NCBI GenBank assembly: GCA_964187785.1
Contig: OZ076409.1
Coordinates: 17,610,001 to 17,674,000, forward strand
Origin: Amphiscolops sp. MND2022
Lineage: Eukaryota
Direction: 5' to 3'
Length of the DNA: 64,000 nucleotides
In this document: positions 26,734 through 40,579 of the stretch, one piece after another
Layout: every line of letters starts with the position of its first letter
Position numbering within the stretch: position 1 is the first letter of the stretch
Made by a program: the position numbers and the translations under genes
Notes under the pieces: generated by a model
What the model saw: the letters and a program-made list of their open reading frames with translations, nothing else
Database searches by the model: none
What the model was told of the DNA's origin: nothing

Positions 26734-27644
26734 TTCACAAAAAGGTTCTTGCTTTAGTTATTGTCATGTTTTTGATTGGATAAAGTTCTTTTCATATCCA
26801 AAAGGTCCATTTTAGATTATTGTAACGTTCGGCAAAAACTTTTCCAAAGCTGAACATGATTTTAGGATGCCCCGAAAGAATCGACGAAATCTAAAGTATC
26901 CGTTTTCCCCAAGTAAATAGTCTCCTCGGTCTTTCTAAGGTCAATTCCCCTTTCTTAAGTCAAGAACGCTCTTTACACTAAGTCCGGACACATCTTGCGA
27001 GCCCATAAAAGCATTTTGTAACGTACCTTAGTGTCCTACTCACTTACGGGGCTTGAAAAAAAATTAACTGCAATGCATTGGATTTGAAAATTTCAATTCT
27101 TTATACTTGATAGATATTTTTACCCATTCAAAATGAAGCATATACCTTCAAATTTTTTAACGAGTTTTGCAGTCGCTCTTCCGATTCCCAGGGAAAGTAC
27201 ACAATATATCAAGGCTCTTCGAAACCCGGATCTACAAATAATTTCAAAATAAGTGGGAATAATATTAGTGCAAGGGTTTCCGCAAAATGTTCTACAGATT
27301 CTTTCTTTCTTTGCGTGTTTTTAGCCAGCGCTTTTCTAATGAAAAGAGCCCGACTAATACAGTGGCTAGTTTTTTTATCGTCAGACTACAATCTCACTCT
27401 GAGTGGTCCACTTTTCTTACGATAGAAACTACTAAAACTACTAAGGCCATAGGGCCAAGTCAGGTCAGCGGAAATTAGTGCAAAAGGATCCCCCCTTTCA
27501 TTTTTTACTTTTTTAACGTAACCTACAAAACCGGACGAGACTAAAGGGTCCCCCCTTTTGATTTTTTTGGCACTGTGCGACTTTTTTTCGATAATTTTTA
27601 ATTTCTCAAAAAGTTCCCCTTTCGAGTTTTTTTGATATTTTGCA

Positions 27645-29001
27645 GAATGTGAAATTTTTTCCTGGTGACATCACTGAAAAACGACCATAGACAATTTTAG
27701 CATCTTTCCAAAAACTTTGCCCTGGGATCAAAACACCAAAGAAAGATGAACTTATCATTCTTGGTTCACCGCTCGGTCCGAAATCACAAGCAGACTTATT
27801 GGAAAAGAAAATTAACGAACTGGAAAAAGTTGACAGGATTGTTGAAAAACTAGATGCGCACTATGGTTTTTTATGTTGAAAAAGTGCTTCAGTTTGCCAA
27901 AGTTGTTGTACTTCCTGAGAACCAGCACATGTTTTAATCATCCAGCTCTCTTGGAGAAATACGACAAAACCGTGCGCGACGGACTTTCCAAAGTGTGTAA
28001 CGTGAACTACTTCGACGATATTTCGAGTATTCAGCTGGCTCTACCTGCTGAGGTGGGTGGTCTTGGGGTTTCATCCGCATCATTATTAGCACTTCCCGCC
28101 TTTTTAGCTTCAGCTTTTGGTGCGAGTGACTTTCTCACGGCGATTTTCTCGGAAACATTCGAAGATGTTTCGTTTACAAAAACGCTTGAGAAGTGGTTGA
28201 GTTTGACGAATGAACAAAAAGTATTCTCGATGGAACTCAAAAAAATTGGAAACAACCTGTCTACGTCAAAACCGCCGAAGATTTGATTTCTAGAATGGAT
28301 GACAAACGTTCGAAAGTTTTTACCGCTCATCAAGGCAAATTCGGGTCTCAATGGCTGAACGTCGTTCCTTGCAAGAACCTAGGCCTGAAACTTGATGATC
28401 AGCAACTTCGAATTTCAATTGGTTTGCGTCTCAGTGCCAACATCTGCGTTGCGCATACGTGCCACTGTGGTAAAAGAGTTGAACGGGACGGTTTACACTG
28501 TCTTTCTTGCACCAAGAGTGCTGGTCGCTTCTCACGTTATCTCTCAACTTGCCTTCAATGCTCAAACCGCGTGGACTGTACCGAACTGATGGCAAACGCC
28601 CAGACGGTGTTACGATGATTCCTTGGGAAATGGGTAAACAGCTGGTGTGGGATGTCACGGTTGTGGATGCTCTTGCACCCAGTCACCTGAATCAAGGCTC
28701 TTTATGCAACCCGGGAACCACCGCCACCGAGGCTGAAGGGCGTAAAATTGAGAAGTACCGCGAATTAATAGACAATGGATACATTTTTTAACCGGTGGCT
28801 TTGGAAGTACATGGTTCTTTAGGCGAGAGCAGTGAAATGTTTGTCACGCGTCTCTGTAAAATGCCGTGTCGTTCGCACGACGATCAACGAGCTGGCAGCT
28901 TTTTGAAGCAACGGATTTCAGTAGCTCTTCAGATCGGCAATGCGGCCTGTGTTCTAGGAACTGTGAGCGACAGAGATGCGTTCGAAGAAATTTACATATA
29001 G
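27645..29001 (+). pseudogene. RT C-terminus/thumb + CCHC zinc knuckle + restriction-like endonuclease, disrupted
   Basis: Motifs LGSPLG, LPKLLYFLRT, GGLG, CHCG..H.LSC, KRPDG..WDVTV, VALEVHG and QRISVALQIGNA are spread over ORFs 27873-28286, 28283-28618, 28507-28791 and 28795-29001, separated by frameshifts and a stop. Confidence 0.88.
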
Positions 29002-29170
29002 CCTAATTTTTTTGACCTTTATATCAAAGCAGCTTTAAAAAAAATTCCACCGGTCGACTGCATAGTGGCTGGTTTGAGTAGTTTGTTGGTTGTTTTTTTG
29101 TTACTGGTCTACTGGTATAGTGGCTGGTATGGGGTTCCCTACTTTCGTTGCAGACCACGGGTGTGTGTCT

Positions 29171-29241
29171 TCTCCCCCCAACATGATGATACACATGGCA
29201 CTTGATTGATGACGAAGATCCATGATATCTGATAGAGGAGA
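29171..29241 (+). ncRNA. Box C/D snoRNA-like segment
   Basis: C box ATGATGA at 29183-29189, D'-like TTGA at 29202-29205, C' TGATGA at 29207-29212 and D box CTGA at 29229-29232. The terminal stem is TCTCCCC/GAGGAGA (6/7 paired). No target was identified. Confidence 0.45.
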
Positions 29242-31440
29242 AAAAAAATTTTGCAACAGAATATATGCTAATAAAGCCCAAAGGGTCCCCTTTTACATTT
29301 TTCGGCACTATGCGACATTTTCCGGAAAAAAATGTTTTGCGCTTTTTGAGCCTTAGATATAACGCCGACTGTAGACGTTCCCGTCTTGTTTTCAGAAGCC
29401 ATGGGATGTGTGTCTTTTTACTCTTCGGTATTTATTTTGGGTACCTGCCAAGTTGCAAATACACGCACAAAATTTCTCATGTAAGTGGTTGAATGGTCTA
29501 TCTTCTTGTTAACTCGATCAATTTATCAATGGAAATGTAATGTCTGCCTTTAGAAAAGAATTTAGTATACTTTATGATGCTAAAGATTCCCCCTCGTGGG
29601 TCTTTATACAAGGTCAGACTGTTTTCAGGTTTTTTTCGTGCCAAAGAATACTTTTTGGTAATTTTAATTCTGTCAGAGCGGAAAATTCTGTTTTTGAGCC
29701 TAATAGGCCTCGGATTTCATTGCTGAAGAACTCAGCTATTAAATGGGGATCATGAACTGCAGTTTTCGGCGAAGATAATTTTCCTTCAAAAATATTTTTA
29801 AACATCAGCATTCAAGACATTTCGAGAAATTGACTATCCAGAGAATTTTGAGCGCCAACTCTTTCTTTCTGATTTTTGCAAAGGAAACTTTTTCTCGATT
29901 TCTATTTTATATTTTTCAAATCCCAGACACGTTTACGGCCTACTTCAATTACAAGAATTTTCCTTCAAGGCTATCAAGTTCTTACTTGAGCTAGCCTTGT
30001 TCTAGCGTTTGTATATCGTTTGCTAATTAGTTGAAGTAAGCCGTAAAAGTTTGAACAACCCTAAACTCGATAATAAACTTTCGAATTCAACATCTCCGTT
30101 TTGTCTATTAACAACTATAACGAATTAAACCACAACACATTCGTGGAATTACGTACCTCTAAAGATGTTTTTGAAACTACCGCAGCTTTAATTTAATATG
30201 CTCAACATTGTGAAACAAGCTCCCAAATTGCTACAACTTAAAGCCGATCTATGTTTTACCAATTATTTGACTGCTTTTCAAAAATCGAATTCAAGACAAA
30301 GTACTTTGCCTTTTACGGAAACGATCAAACCGAGAAATTGAAAACATGTTTACAAAGAGCCTTTGATAAAGAGTACAGATTCGAAAGCTGTACGGTGCAT
30401 GTTAAAATAATCTCTCAAACTTTTGTATCTTTGGTACCATTCCTCTAACCAACTTTTATTATAGTCTTGTAACCTTATTATACACCTTATTAAGTCCCAC
30501 CGTTCCTTATACAAAATTGAGCATTTGCAAGGAAGGTAAATTTCAATCCCAATGTTTGAATTCTTCCCTTCCCAGCTAACGGTGTCAATCTTCAAGCTAT
30601 TTCATTGAGGCCAGTGGAACTTCATGACTGAATTATCAAAGTTGCTGACTGAATATTTCAAGTGACTTGTATGAAACTTCCATATTAGTCAAAACTCATG
30701 CCACTTTCAATTAAACTGGACTGATTTATTGGAACAGCTTGCAAGGTGGTGGCAACATTAACCTATCAATATTTCACCTCTCCCTCCATTTTGACAGACT
30801 TCCTAAAACTGGTTATCAAAATGATGGACGAAAAACGAAAACGGTATGTGCAATACTTATAACTTCACGAATAAGAAACACATTTTTCACCTTTGAATCG
30901 ACAATTTATTCAAAAATCTGCGGAAATTAGATTATATTTACAAAACCAGTATCAAATTTTCATCGTTATCATCCCTAAATGGACAATGGTACGATTTCGT
31001 TCGATTTAAATTCTGCAACCTTCTAACCACACCAGCTGACCGTATGGTGAAGAAATCTCTTGAATACGATTTTCAGACAACTTTACATAGCATTGCACGC
31101 CTTTTCACGGAATTTCGACATGATGCCTCCGAAATTGTGGAAATAGGACCAAAAATCAGAAAAAAAATCTGCGCAGATTCCGTTTTTCCAGTTTTCGTTT
31201 CTGGCCATTTTATCCCACTGGTATCAAGATTGGGTCACAGTGACCCTAGCATGCTTTGAAACATGCTGGAATGCAATCAGAGACACATTAAAGTTTAAAC
31301 ACCAGATTTTTGGATGGATCCGGAAATGTACCGGTCCATTTAGGGTTATGTTGATAATGAGAAAAAACTGGAGGAAGCGATAATAATAGGGAAAATTAGA
31401 AAGACTTATTTTCTAACTCAATTTTTGGTTTTGACACTTG

Positions 31441-31530
31441 GCCACTTGGCCTAGAGGTTAACTAGGACTTCCTAGAGACGAGGTTTGAGAAGCAAGATGA
31501 GTACGTGGATTCGAGTCCCGCACCAAGCCA
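31441..31530 (+). repeat. tRNA-like Pol III head upstream of a family-A repeat body
   Basis: A-box-like TGGCCTAGAGG and B-box-like GATTCGAGTCCC; no complete cloverleaf. Confidence 0.4.
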
Positions 31531-33639
31531 TGGGAACCCCCCTTTGGGTTTTTTTTGCACGATGTTACTTTTCTTCCGAAGTTTTTGAAACCGAAGTACC
31601 CTCCTTGATTTTTTTTAGCAGAAAGCAAGCGTTTTGCCCGTATAGAGGGCCCTATTGAATTTTCGGCACATTGCGACTCACCGCACTGAAAACTTTTAAA
31701 TATTTTTTTTTGATCTTTTTGTTTTCTGGTAAAGGAAACCGTTTTTCAAGTCTTAAGGGTGAAATTTTTGGTTATTTTCAGGTCCCGAGGGACTGATGAG
31801 AGGTTTCTCAATACCTGTGGAAAAAACCTACAATTTTTTCGGCACTCTGCAATTTTTTTCGATTTGTTCAAAGAGTACTCCTTTCACTTTTTGCAAACAT
31901 GAAGGGTCTCTTTTTGTTTTTTTTTGCAATGAGATTTTTCCAGAAAAAAAAGTATTGAAAATTGATTTTTTCTGTTTCGAGTTAGGAAAAAGGCTGTTTT
32001 CGAGTCTTATGGGTATCTATCGGGTGTTATTGGCATGGTAAATTTCATGAAAACTTCCACAATATCGTTCTTTCTCAAAAACACTGCTTTGAGTCTGGCG
32101 CCGATTTGGGCCGTTCCCGGCTTGTTGTTTCATAAGAATAGAAATGAATTAACTTTTCTATATTGTGCGAACGAAACTTGTCACAGTGTACGAGCGGCTT
32201 AGAGTTGTTTTCATTTTTTCTAGTCAAATTAAAATCTTTATTCGTAGATGAAACGTTCATAATTTCCACAAATAGTCATGAAAATTTGATATCGATCAAA
32301 TTGCTAATAAAACCATTGCGTAAGCTTCACTAAGGATATTGATGATTTTGATTAATTTTCTGCAAAAAATTTTGCTCTTTTAATCTTTTTTGATAAGAAA
32401 CTCTCCCGTAGAAAACGCTTTGATGGTACTATTTGAAGTCTCTGTGTACATTCATTCCATAGCTAGAAATCTCCATTACTAATTCGACTTTTCCATGTCG
32501 TGTTGAGATATTAATAATTTTTCCCACATCGTACATACACTCCATTCATTTGCAGCGGTAGCTGAGAATAAAAATGGCATCACGCAATGGCACGAAAAAC
32601 TAAATTCAAATCAAATGGCGGGAAAAATTACTACTATTTTTTCGCAGTCAATTGTAATGTTTTTTTTGTGGGGAAATTTGATTGGACCGAAATTTATGCA
32701 ATAATTTTTTCCCTTCTTTTCCACTATACTTCTCAAATCGGTTACACTTTAAGCATAGTAATAGCTTCTTTTTACATGGAGTAATTATTTTTTAAATATT
32801 TGCTCATTTTCGTGTTACTTAAAAATCAATTCTAAATTTTACTTTCTGACGTTCTGTCACGTCATCAATCTTTGCTGAGTCAGTTTTAACGCAACAAAAA
32901 TTGTTAGCATCGTTTCAAGCGTTCATTGTCCTTCCCCTCTTAATCTGTTACCATGTGACTACATGTACAGCGGCGATTACTTACGATGGTTCATTTTTGC
33001 ATTAAAATCAGCAAGCAAGCAAGTGATAAAAATGGGCGAAGGAAGAGTCATATGCAGAAAATTCATGCACCCTAGGGCTTATCTTATTTCTTTCAGGCCT
33101 GGTACTGAAAGTGACAGGCTTTCCTTAACAAGTTATTCAATATTCTTCCCAGAGTACGCAACATTTCTTGTACACTTATAACTAACAGTTTATAAATCAT
33201 AATGGAGGAGCCCAGAACTGGCAGAGGGTAAGCACAATTTTTATTGCAATATAGTTAGAAAAAACTTCACACAAAAAGTAGAACGCCTCTGAAAAAGGCG
33301 TGAATAAGATAAAAATGATTCTGTTGAAAACAGCGAGTAGTTAAATTTTATAATGAAAAAGAATGCAAAATGTTCTAGGAAAAGAGCTTGTTCAAAACTT
33401 GGTTATTCAATGGTTTTGCCTTTAATATAAGTTCGGTTTTGTCGTTTTTGTCCTATGCAAACCTGTTTGTGTTGATGGGGAAAACAATTCAAAATGCAAG
33501 TTTCAAAGTTTCCAAATCTAGCTTTTACAAGGAAAACACAGGAAAAAGTAGTCAACTGAATAGCCTTTAAGCCGCAGTATTTTGTAGTTGATTCCAAAGC
33601 GCTCTTTTTTGGGTATTTTCTGGCACTGGGAGATTTATT

Positions 33640-34370
33640 ATTTTCCGCCCATATTTCATATGGGAAAGGAAAATATTTAAATCAAACGGGTTTTTTTTTT
33701 ATTTTCCGCCCATATTTCATATGGGAAGGGAAAATATTTAAATCAAACGGGTTTTTTTTTTTTTTTACAAAATTTGCCAAGATTTTATTTATATTTAAAT
33801 TTAAGGGTGTTACCCATAGAATTCAACCCACATAAATTTAGCTTCGTGCGATATGTATTTGTAGAGATTTTTGAAGTTTTTTTAAAAAATGACGAAAATG
33901 ACGAAAATGACCCCTTAATGACAAAATGACCCCGAAAATGACAAAAATTCCCAAATTTCTCATTTTTAAACATTTTTATGCAATTTTTGCCATTTTTTGA
34001 GACACCGCGAATTAGAAAAATGGACAAGATGAATCGAAGCTTTCTTTTCTTCGAACTTCTCAGCGTTTTTATAGTGCATTAGTTATTCTTGAGCCTCAAA
34101 TTTATGTAGTTGTAGAACAGTTCGGGGCGGAAAATATCCCGCTCCTCAGCGGGCGTCTTGTTTTTTTTTTTACAAAATTTGCCAAGATTTTATTTATATT
34201 TAAATTTAAGGGTGTTACCCATAGAATTCAACCCACATAAATTTAGCTTCGTGCGATATGTATTTGTAGAGATTTTTGAAGTTTTTTTAAAAAATGACGA
34301 AAATGACGAAAATGTAGTTGTAGAACAGTTCGGGGCGGAAAATATCCCGCTCCTCAGCGGGCGTCTTGTT
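33640..34370 (+). repeat. Helitron-like element with tandemly duplicated internal and 3' segments
   Basis: A ~60-bp tandem duplication lies at 33640-33760, and 33765-33910 is repeated at 34170-34312. The hairpin CCCGCT-CCTC-AGCGGG + CGTCTTGTT occurs twice (~34137-34162, ~34345-34370). Confidence 0.6.
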
Positions 34371-34699
34371 GAAACGTTAAAAGAAACAGCTATTTTGAAT
34401 TCCTAAAAAATGTTGCACTTTTTGAGCCTTGAGACGTTCCCGGCTTGTTCTTGCGTCCCATCTTCACACTATAGCTACCTTTTTTGTCCTCTTAGATTGC
34501 CCTTTCCTAGCAAAACTCTTTGACTGTTGACTACTTCACGCCTATCATAAGCCAATGCTGGATCAAAGCAGGCCGTGTTTGAAAACTTCTGACCATAAAG
34601 TCAGCGTTTTCACCAATTTTTATTCGGCGCTTTTCGTAGAAAATGCAGACTATAGCACTGGCTTTTTAAGGACCAACGAAGAGACAGATTTTATAAGCT

Positions 34700-35050
34700 T
34701 TATAAGCTGTAACGTATACCGGATATAACGTTCCTTGGAGATTTTTTTCAAAGCTGTAGAAAGTGCTAGGGAGTCCCCCTCGACAATAACGCAACCCATA
34801 CCGGATTTAGTGCAAACCGGATACAACGAATTCGGATATAACGTATACTAGAAATAACGTTTTTGGATAATTTTTTAGTTACAAAAGGGTCCTTTCTTTG
34901 GGTTTTTTCTATTTGTTCATTTGCTCAATTTTTTCAGTTTGATCAACCCGGATTTCAGTTCGAATATAACGTTTCAAAGTTCGGATATAACTTTTTTAAT
35001 GTTAAAGTTCGGATATAACGTTTTCAAAATTCGGATATAACATTTTCATT
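34700..35050. repeat. MITE-like fragment with multiple CGGATATAACG repeats; related fragment at ~20835-20965
   Basis: The repeated (TT)CGGATATAACGTT motif occurs at both loci. Confidence 0.6.
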
Positions 35051-38000
35051 TTCCCCCATTTTTTTCAAATTTTCCCCAAAATTTCACATAATTAGTGGAG
35101 CTTTAGATATGTCACCGACTTGGGCCGTTCCAGGCTTGTATTAAAGAATCTTTTTGTTCCTTAAGAAAAATGAAAAGCAGTCTCAGAAGACAACACAGTG
35201 GACAAGTTCGAAGAATTGGGAAATGAAGTCAAAATCATTTCCACGGGTGACGTTTCAGAGCGCGATAAGAAACCATTTGCGTTTATGGGTACACGTGTGC
35301 TAGAAACTATTGCGCCCCGATCAAAAATGCGCCTGTAACTCTCGCTGAAGGAAGAAAGGAACTAAATTTTCGCGGATCCGATCACAACGAAATTTGAGAC
35401 AGGAACAAAAACGATGCGGACTGCATATATTATCAAACAAGAAGCGAAATAGACTTTACTCAAAATAAATTGCTCAGTGACAGTGCCGAAATTACCCCTT
35501 TTGGCTAAAAAAAAATCTTCTCTTCTCTAAACTCAAAACATCAGAAACCTGAATTAGCCAACTTCTAGAATAAAAAATTTGTGAAAAGTCGCAGAGAGCC
35601 GAAAAAGGTCTTTTCGACAACTTTTGAGAAATTTCTCATCAGTCCCACAGAGGTCACCATCAACGTAAGAGATTACCCTTAGGACTCGGAAAACGGTTTT
35701 CCAGACCAAAAAACCTCAAAAAGTTTAAAAAGTGTGGAATCGTTTTTTGGTAAGTTTGCCCCTATATGCTTCTCGAAAAAACTGCTGCTAATCAAAGGGG
35801 TCTTTCGGTTAAAAATGAGTTGAGCTCGCAATGAGAAGTCCCATAGTTCCAAAAAAACACAAATAAGGTACTCTTTTGTCGTTCATCTGCCTTTGGAAGC
35901 ATAAAAAAATTGGTTTACTGCGTGACTCGAACACTGTGCACGTTCACCTTGTAGGGGAAATCGAATCAACTGTAAGGTCGTTGTAAGGTCAAGTGACGTT
36001 AGAATTGAGCAGAAGTGAAGTTATAAACTTATGGTACAACTGTTGCAGGAAAAGAGTAAAAAATTTTCCCGCCCAAAACTAAAACGTTTTGCTCGTTAAG
36101 AAAAAAGGAATGTTTTTAAAGATGTGAACATTCAAAGTTTTTTTGAAAAGATTCATTCAATATTCCAAGAGAGGAGTTACCGCAACTAAAATCAAAACTG
36201 TATTAGATAGAAAAAGTAAGCGCAGAAAATTCAGAAATTCATGTTTATCAGACTTGTTTGCAGATTTTTTGGGGAAAAACAACGTAGCACAAGCAAAGAG
36301 AAACAAACAATAATGAGGTTTGGAATGGAAGCATCTAGCTTGATCAATTCTTTACGCTGCTGGTTGGGTTGCCTAAAAAACAAACACGATTGGAATTCTT
36401 CAACTCTGTGTCGAAGGAGAGGTTCTCAGAAAGCTCAAAGTTGTGTAGGTTTACACAGGTGCAAGACTTTCATAGAAAACTTCTCTTGAAAAAATACCCT
36501 AGTTGAGACTGCTGGAACTTTTTTCATGCTACAGGCCTGCATGCAGGGTTTATATTTTTTATAAATCCTAGAAAATGCAGCTCAGTTCCTGTACTAAATC
36601 TTGTTGAATTAGACTGCATTTTCTACTACTGCAATTTGATTTGAAAACATTTTAGCCTTCTTCACGGACACGATCACGTTGTATTCACCCATTAATTTCT
36701 CAAATACTCATCTGATTTAATCACCCCTTCTCAAATAGGACTCTGAATATGACGCTAGTTCGTTGTTTACATTGTGAATGAAGTTAATTTGCATTAAAAT
36801 GGAGGTAAAATTGTTGACGTCTCAGCTGACTTTAAAATTAGACCTGATGCATAATGAAACTGGCAGAGCTTCACGATTTGAAATTGCCGCCAAAACTTTG
36901 ACGATTCTTTCAAGCAGCTTGATAAAAGTCAATGATAACATGAAAATATTAACGCATTAAAGTTTCCGTAACTTTTAGAAAATCGTTATAAAAATTGCTG
37001 AAAACATTGAAGCACATGTAAAAAATTCAAGCAAGTTGAACAAGGGTATCCAAAGACAATACTAGTTGGGTTGCTCACAAAAAGTTTCAATTCAATGTGA
37101 AAAAAACGGGACTTTTCAGTGAAGTCAGGAAACTTTTGAAAAAGTCGACCTGTGCTGGAGCCTTCTGGTTTAAACAAAACTGTGAAAAATCAAAAGGGAA
37201 ACTACCGGGTTTCTTTGGTAGTTATGCGGAAAACTAGTCAAAATGAATCCGCCAGAACTAAACTGGTCGAAATTTAGACGTGCTTTAATAATTAGGCGCC
37301 AACTCGCAGAGCAAAACATTACCAATTGGGTGTCAGTAACCCAAACGAAAAGCGCTTCTGATAAATTTCATTGCAAATGTTAATTATGGATTAAATTTTC
37401 TTAATTGATGCGTGAAATGTTAAGTTTTACACATAATATAGCCTTTCTAGTTATACATTTTCTGAAATGTCTGACTTTTCATAATTTACGATGTCATTCG
37501 TTTCGTAGTACAGTACGATCACAAAATTGGGACTATACTTGGCTAAATTTTACTGTAACTCACGTCGAGTTTTTCTCTGTATCATTTCGGTCAGTTGCTT
37601 TTCAACGAGTTTTCCGCCCTGCGTTTTCTTCGAGATGTTTTCGACGAGTTTTCTAGGATTCCTTTGGGGCCCTTAGATTGAAAGATCCCAGGCTAGAAGT
37701 TTCTTTAAAAGGTGGAGCCTTTAGAGTGGGCCTTTGATGGGCAGTGACAATTCGAAGACTTTTTCGCCAATTCGTTTTTCGCCCTTAATTTAAAACAAGG
37801 GTATTCAGAATGGCTTGGGAACTTCAACTATATCAACATATTTCTTTTCGGTTCGGGGAGATAAACTTGATCCATGCAGTGTTTCAGATGCCATGTTTCT
37901 TTTGAATCAGACAGTTCAAAATTTTCTCAATCCTTCGGGCGGATCAAGTATTTTTCATTCCTCAAACGGCTATGCAGGTACTGCGAATGTTTACTTGATG

Positions 38001-40115
38001 ATATTGGGCAAGATGTTTTGAGTTCATGCTTTCTGAGTCAATTTCAGAAGCGTCTCCTTTTCTTTTGGTTTCAGAATCCATTCAAATATATAAATAAATA
38101 TATAATAAAATATAGTTGTCGGGCTAGTTGTCACAAGTTGGATTGCTTTCATTGTCACTACACGCTTCGTTTTTTCCTGTTGAAATCCCAAATATGTAAC
38201 TTTTTTCCACAGTTTAGCTACCGTCACTTTCGTTTTTTTGGCGTTTTTTCACCGTATTTAAGCAGCAGCAGTAATTAAGAAAAATTAGTCCAAAAATTGA
38301 GTCTTGTGCCACCCACTGCAACGAATAATTGCTTGTTCAGCCAAGGTTGAGAGCAGAGCTAACGGTAGTTTGGTTTATCCAAGTCGAAGGGTCTTTGCTA
38401 ATGAATGCTCAACTCAGCATGTAATTCAAGAGTCACTTTTTGAACTGAATTTTCCCCAAAACAGTGACGTAATATGGACACTGAATGTTTTCCGTTAATT
38501 TGGATTCATACCAAGCATCAAGAAATTCTTGGAGGCATTCGTAAGTTCGCAGAGGCATTTTTCAAGAAGTTGTACTTCAAATAATTTGAGAAATCTAAAA
38601 ATGAAATCGAAACCGTGTGTTTGTTCACTACTATGATTTTTTTCTATGAGCGAGTGAAATTTTTTGTTTAGCCATAAACAAAATGAATCAGTGTTTTGAA
38701 GAAATGATTCAGTTCGACTTTAGTCAACGCAACGGCAAAGGATGTAGATAATTGATAGCTTTTACCTTACTTTTAGTAATACCAAATTACAGTAATTTGT
38801 ACTTCTCTATAAAATAGACGAATATATACAGATACAGGGAAGTTTTCAGGAACAAATTTGTGATGAATTGAACTTTTGATTTTAGAGAAAGTTCAAAACT
38901 GAGCTTCAGCTCTTTTCATATATATTTTTTTCGCGTTGAAGTCTAGCCAAATGGATTTTTGAGGTTTCTTAACACTATGGTAGCCTATAGGCTGTCATGA
39001 GCAGTTGTTTCCATAATTGATGATTTTTTATCAGAGGAAAAGTTATGGAAGTTTCCCGCTGTGAGCCCGAGGGCTTCTACATTAATTGTCATCATCAAAT
39101 AACACAATCTGACCTTGAAATCTCATTCAATGACGTCATTGTTAGGCAGACAAAGACCCTGAAGTCGCTTCTAACGAAAGACGTAATTTGGTTCAGCTTT
39201 TTTAAACAGACAACTTCCATTTGAACCAGGCTGCAAAATAGCAGACATAAAAGCTAGTTAGAAAGTTTTCATTTCGATATAGATATTTTTTCTGTCTAAG
39301 CGTGTGAAAAAGTATTTCGAATTGTTTCTTGATAATTTTCCTGTAAAAACCCTCCTGCAAATGACATCTAAATTATTTCAAGTCCAAATTTACAGCTGTT
39401 TCGAACTCTTATTGATTTATTTGTGAATTTTGACTACCCTGGTTGACACCCCAGAGGTATATCAGATGTTTCGTAGTCTGGTTCAGAGGACCCAGAGATT
39501 TCTTAGTCTGAGAACAGATATGGCCCCAGTCGACGAGGTCTCAAAAATCACTGGCATTTGGAACTGTTCATTGAACAAATTTGACAAGAAATTTTACTTG
39601 TATTCTTTTGTTTTTTATCCAAATTGGAACTTCGCTGTCCAAATCATCCACGACCCGCCAATCAGCTGCAGAACGCAATATAGGGATTGAAAATGGCCAT
39701 TTCCAGCAAAGTTATTTCTCATGCAAAGAGGGCCAGAAAATTACAATTACGTATTCTGAGTGGCAAGCAACTGTTGAAACTACTACAGCGAACCATTTTT
39801 CCAGAACATTACAAAAACAGCTTTGAATCAACAACTCTACTCAAAAGTAGTACTCACAAGGAGCTCATCACATGCCTAATTTCATCCGCCAAAACGAAGT
39901 CAGTATGGCAAACGAGCATCCTAAGGCTCAACAACCACTGTTGAAAAGTTCGTGTGAAATGGATAAGGTACCATGTAAAGCCAGTATCGAACACTATCCA
40001 CCCGGGTTGACCCTCAATCGATATCTTAGTAAGATCTTGGCAAGATCTCGGAAAAATCTTAGCTAAGATCGTGCCAAGATATTGCCAAGAACTGCAAGAT
40101 CATGGTAAGATCTTA

Positions 40116-40276
40116 AGTAGTAGTGGAAATCCCGATACTGGCCACAAAAACCCCAAAAATTAAAAGTCCTCAAAACCATTGATTTTAAGGACTTTTTAGA
40201 AAACAAATCATCAAAAATAGTGTTTTTACCATGAAGCAAAATTCACTAACCTCTATAGTTTAATGTCAACGTTGCA
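40116..40276 (+). repeat. Polinton left TIR
   Basis: Reverse complement of 54530-54690, with 2 mismatches seen (CCCGAT/CTCGAT and TAATG/TACTG). Confidence 0.97.
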
Positions 40277-40309
40277 ACCAGCGTTCAATGTGTAATAATA
40301 AAATTTTGC

Positions 40310-40415
40310 TGTACAACCAGCGTTAATGCACAACCAGCGTTAATACACAACCAACGTTAATGTACAACCAACGTTAATGCACAACCAACGTTAATGTACA
40401 GCCAACATTAATGTA
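40310..40415 (+). repeat. 17-bp subterminal tandem repeat (~6 copies)
   Basis: (CAACCArCGTTAATryA)n lies just inside the left TIR. Confidence 0.9.
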
Positions 40416-40461
40416 CCGGCGCATACGTTATTCTTATATAACTCCAACTAACATTGATTCG

Positions 40462-40579
40462 TCTCCCATAGCTTAGTGGTTATAGCATTGACTAAAGTTA
40501 AGGCTTCGGCCGGAGTGTTTGGGGTTCACTTCTAACCAACGTCCCCCAGTCTTTGTTACAACTTACATGCTATGGGAGA
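40462..40579 (+). ncRNA. Candidate Pol III-type structured RNA (VA-RNA-like)
   Basis: Perfect 11-bp terminal stem TCTCCCATAGC/GCTATGGGAGA, A-box TAGCTTAGTGG, a GGC-TTCG-GCC tetraloop and a degenerate B-box GGTTCACTTC. Confidence 0.4.

Larger units (their letters stand above)
27645..29247 (+). mobile_element. 5'-truncated RLE-type (CRE-like) non-LTR retrotransposon with poly(A) and TSD
   Basis: The TSD ATTTTGCA (27637-27644, 29248-29255) interrupts a family-A repeat. A-tails lie at 29037-29044 and 29241-29248. Confidence 0.8.

Noticed and set aside
23186..31530. Functional tRNA genes at ~23186-23255 and ~31441-31530
   Set aside because: Only A/B-box-like motifs are present, with no proper cloverleaf, and both are embedded in repeats, so they are treated as SINE-like heads.
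29500..39950. Many 60-130 aa ORFs in AT-rich sequence
   Set aside because: No motifs, low-complexity F/K/S composition and mostly non-ATG starts; consistent with chance ORFs in decayed repeats.
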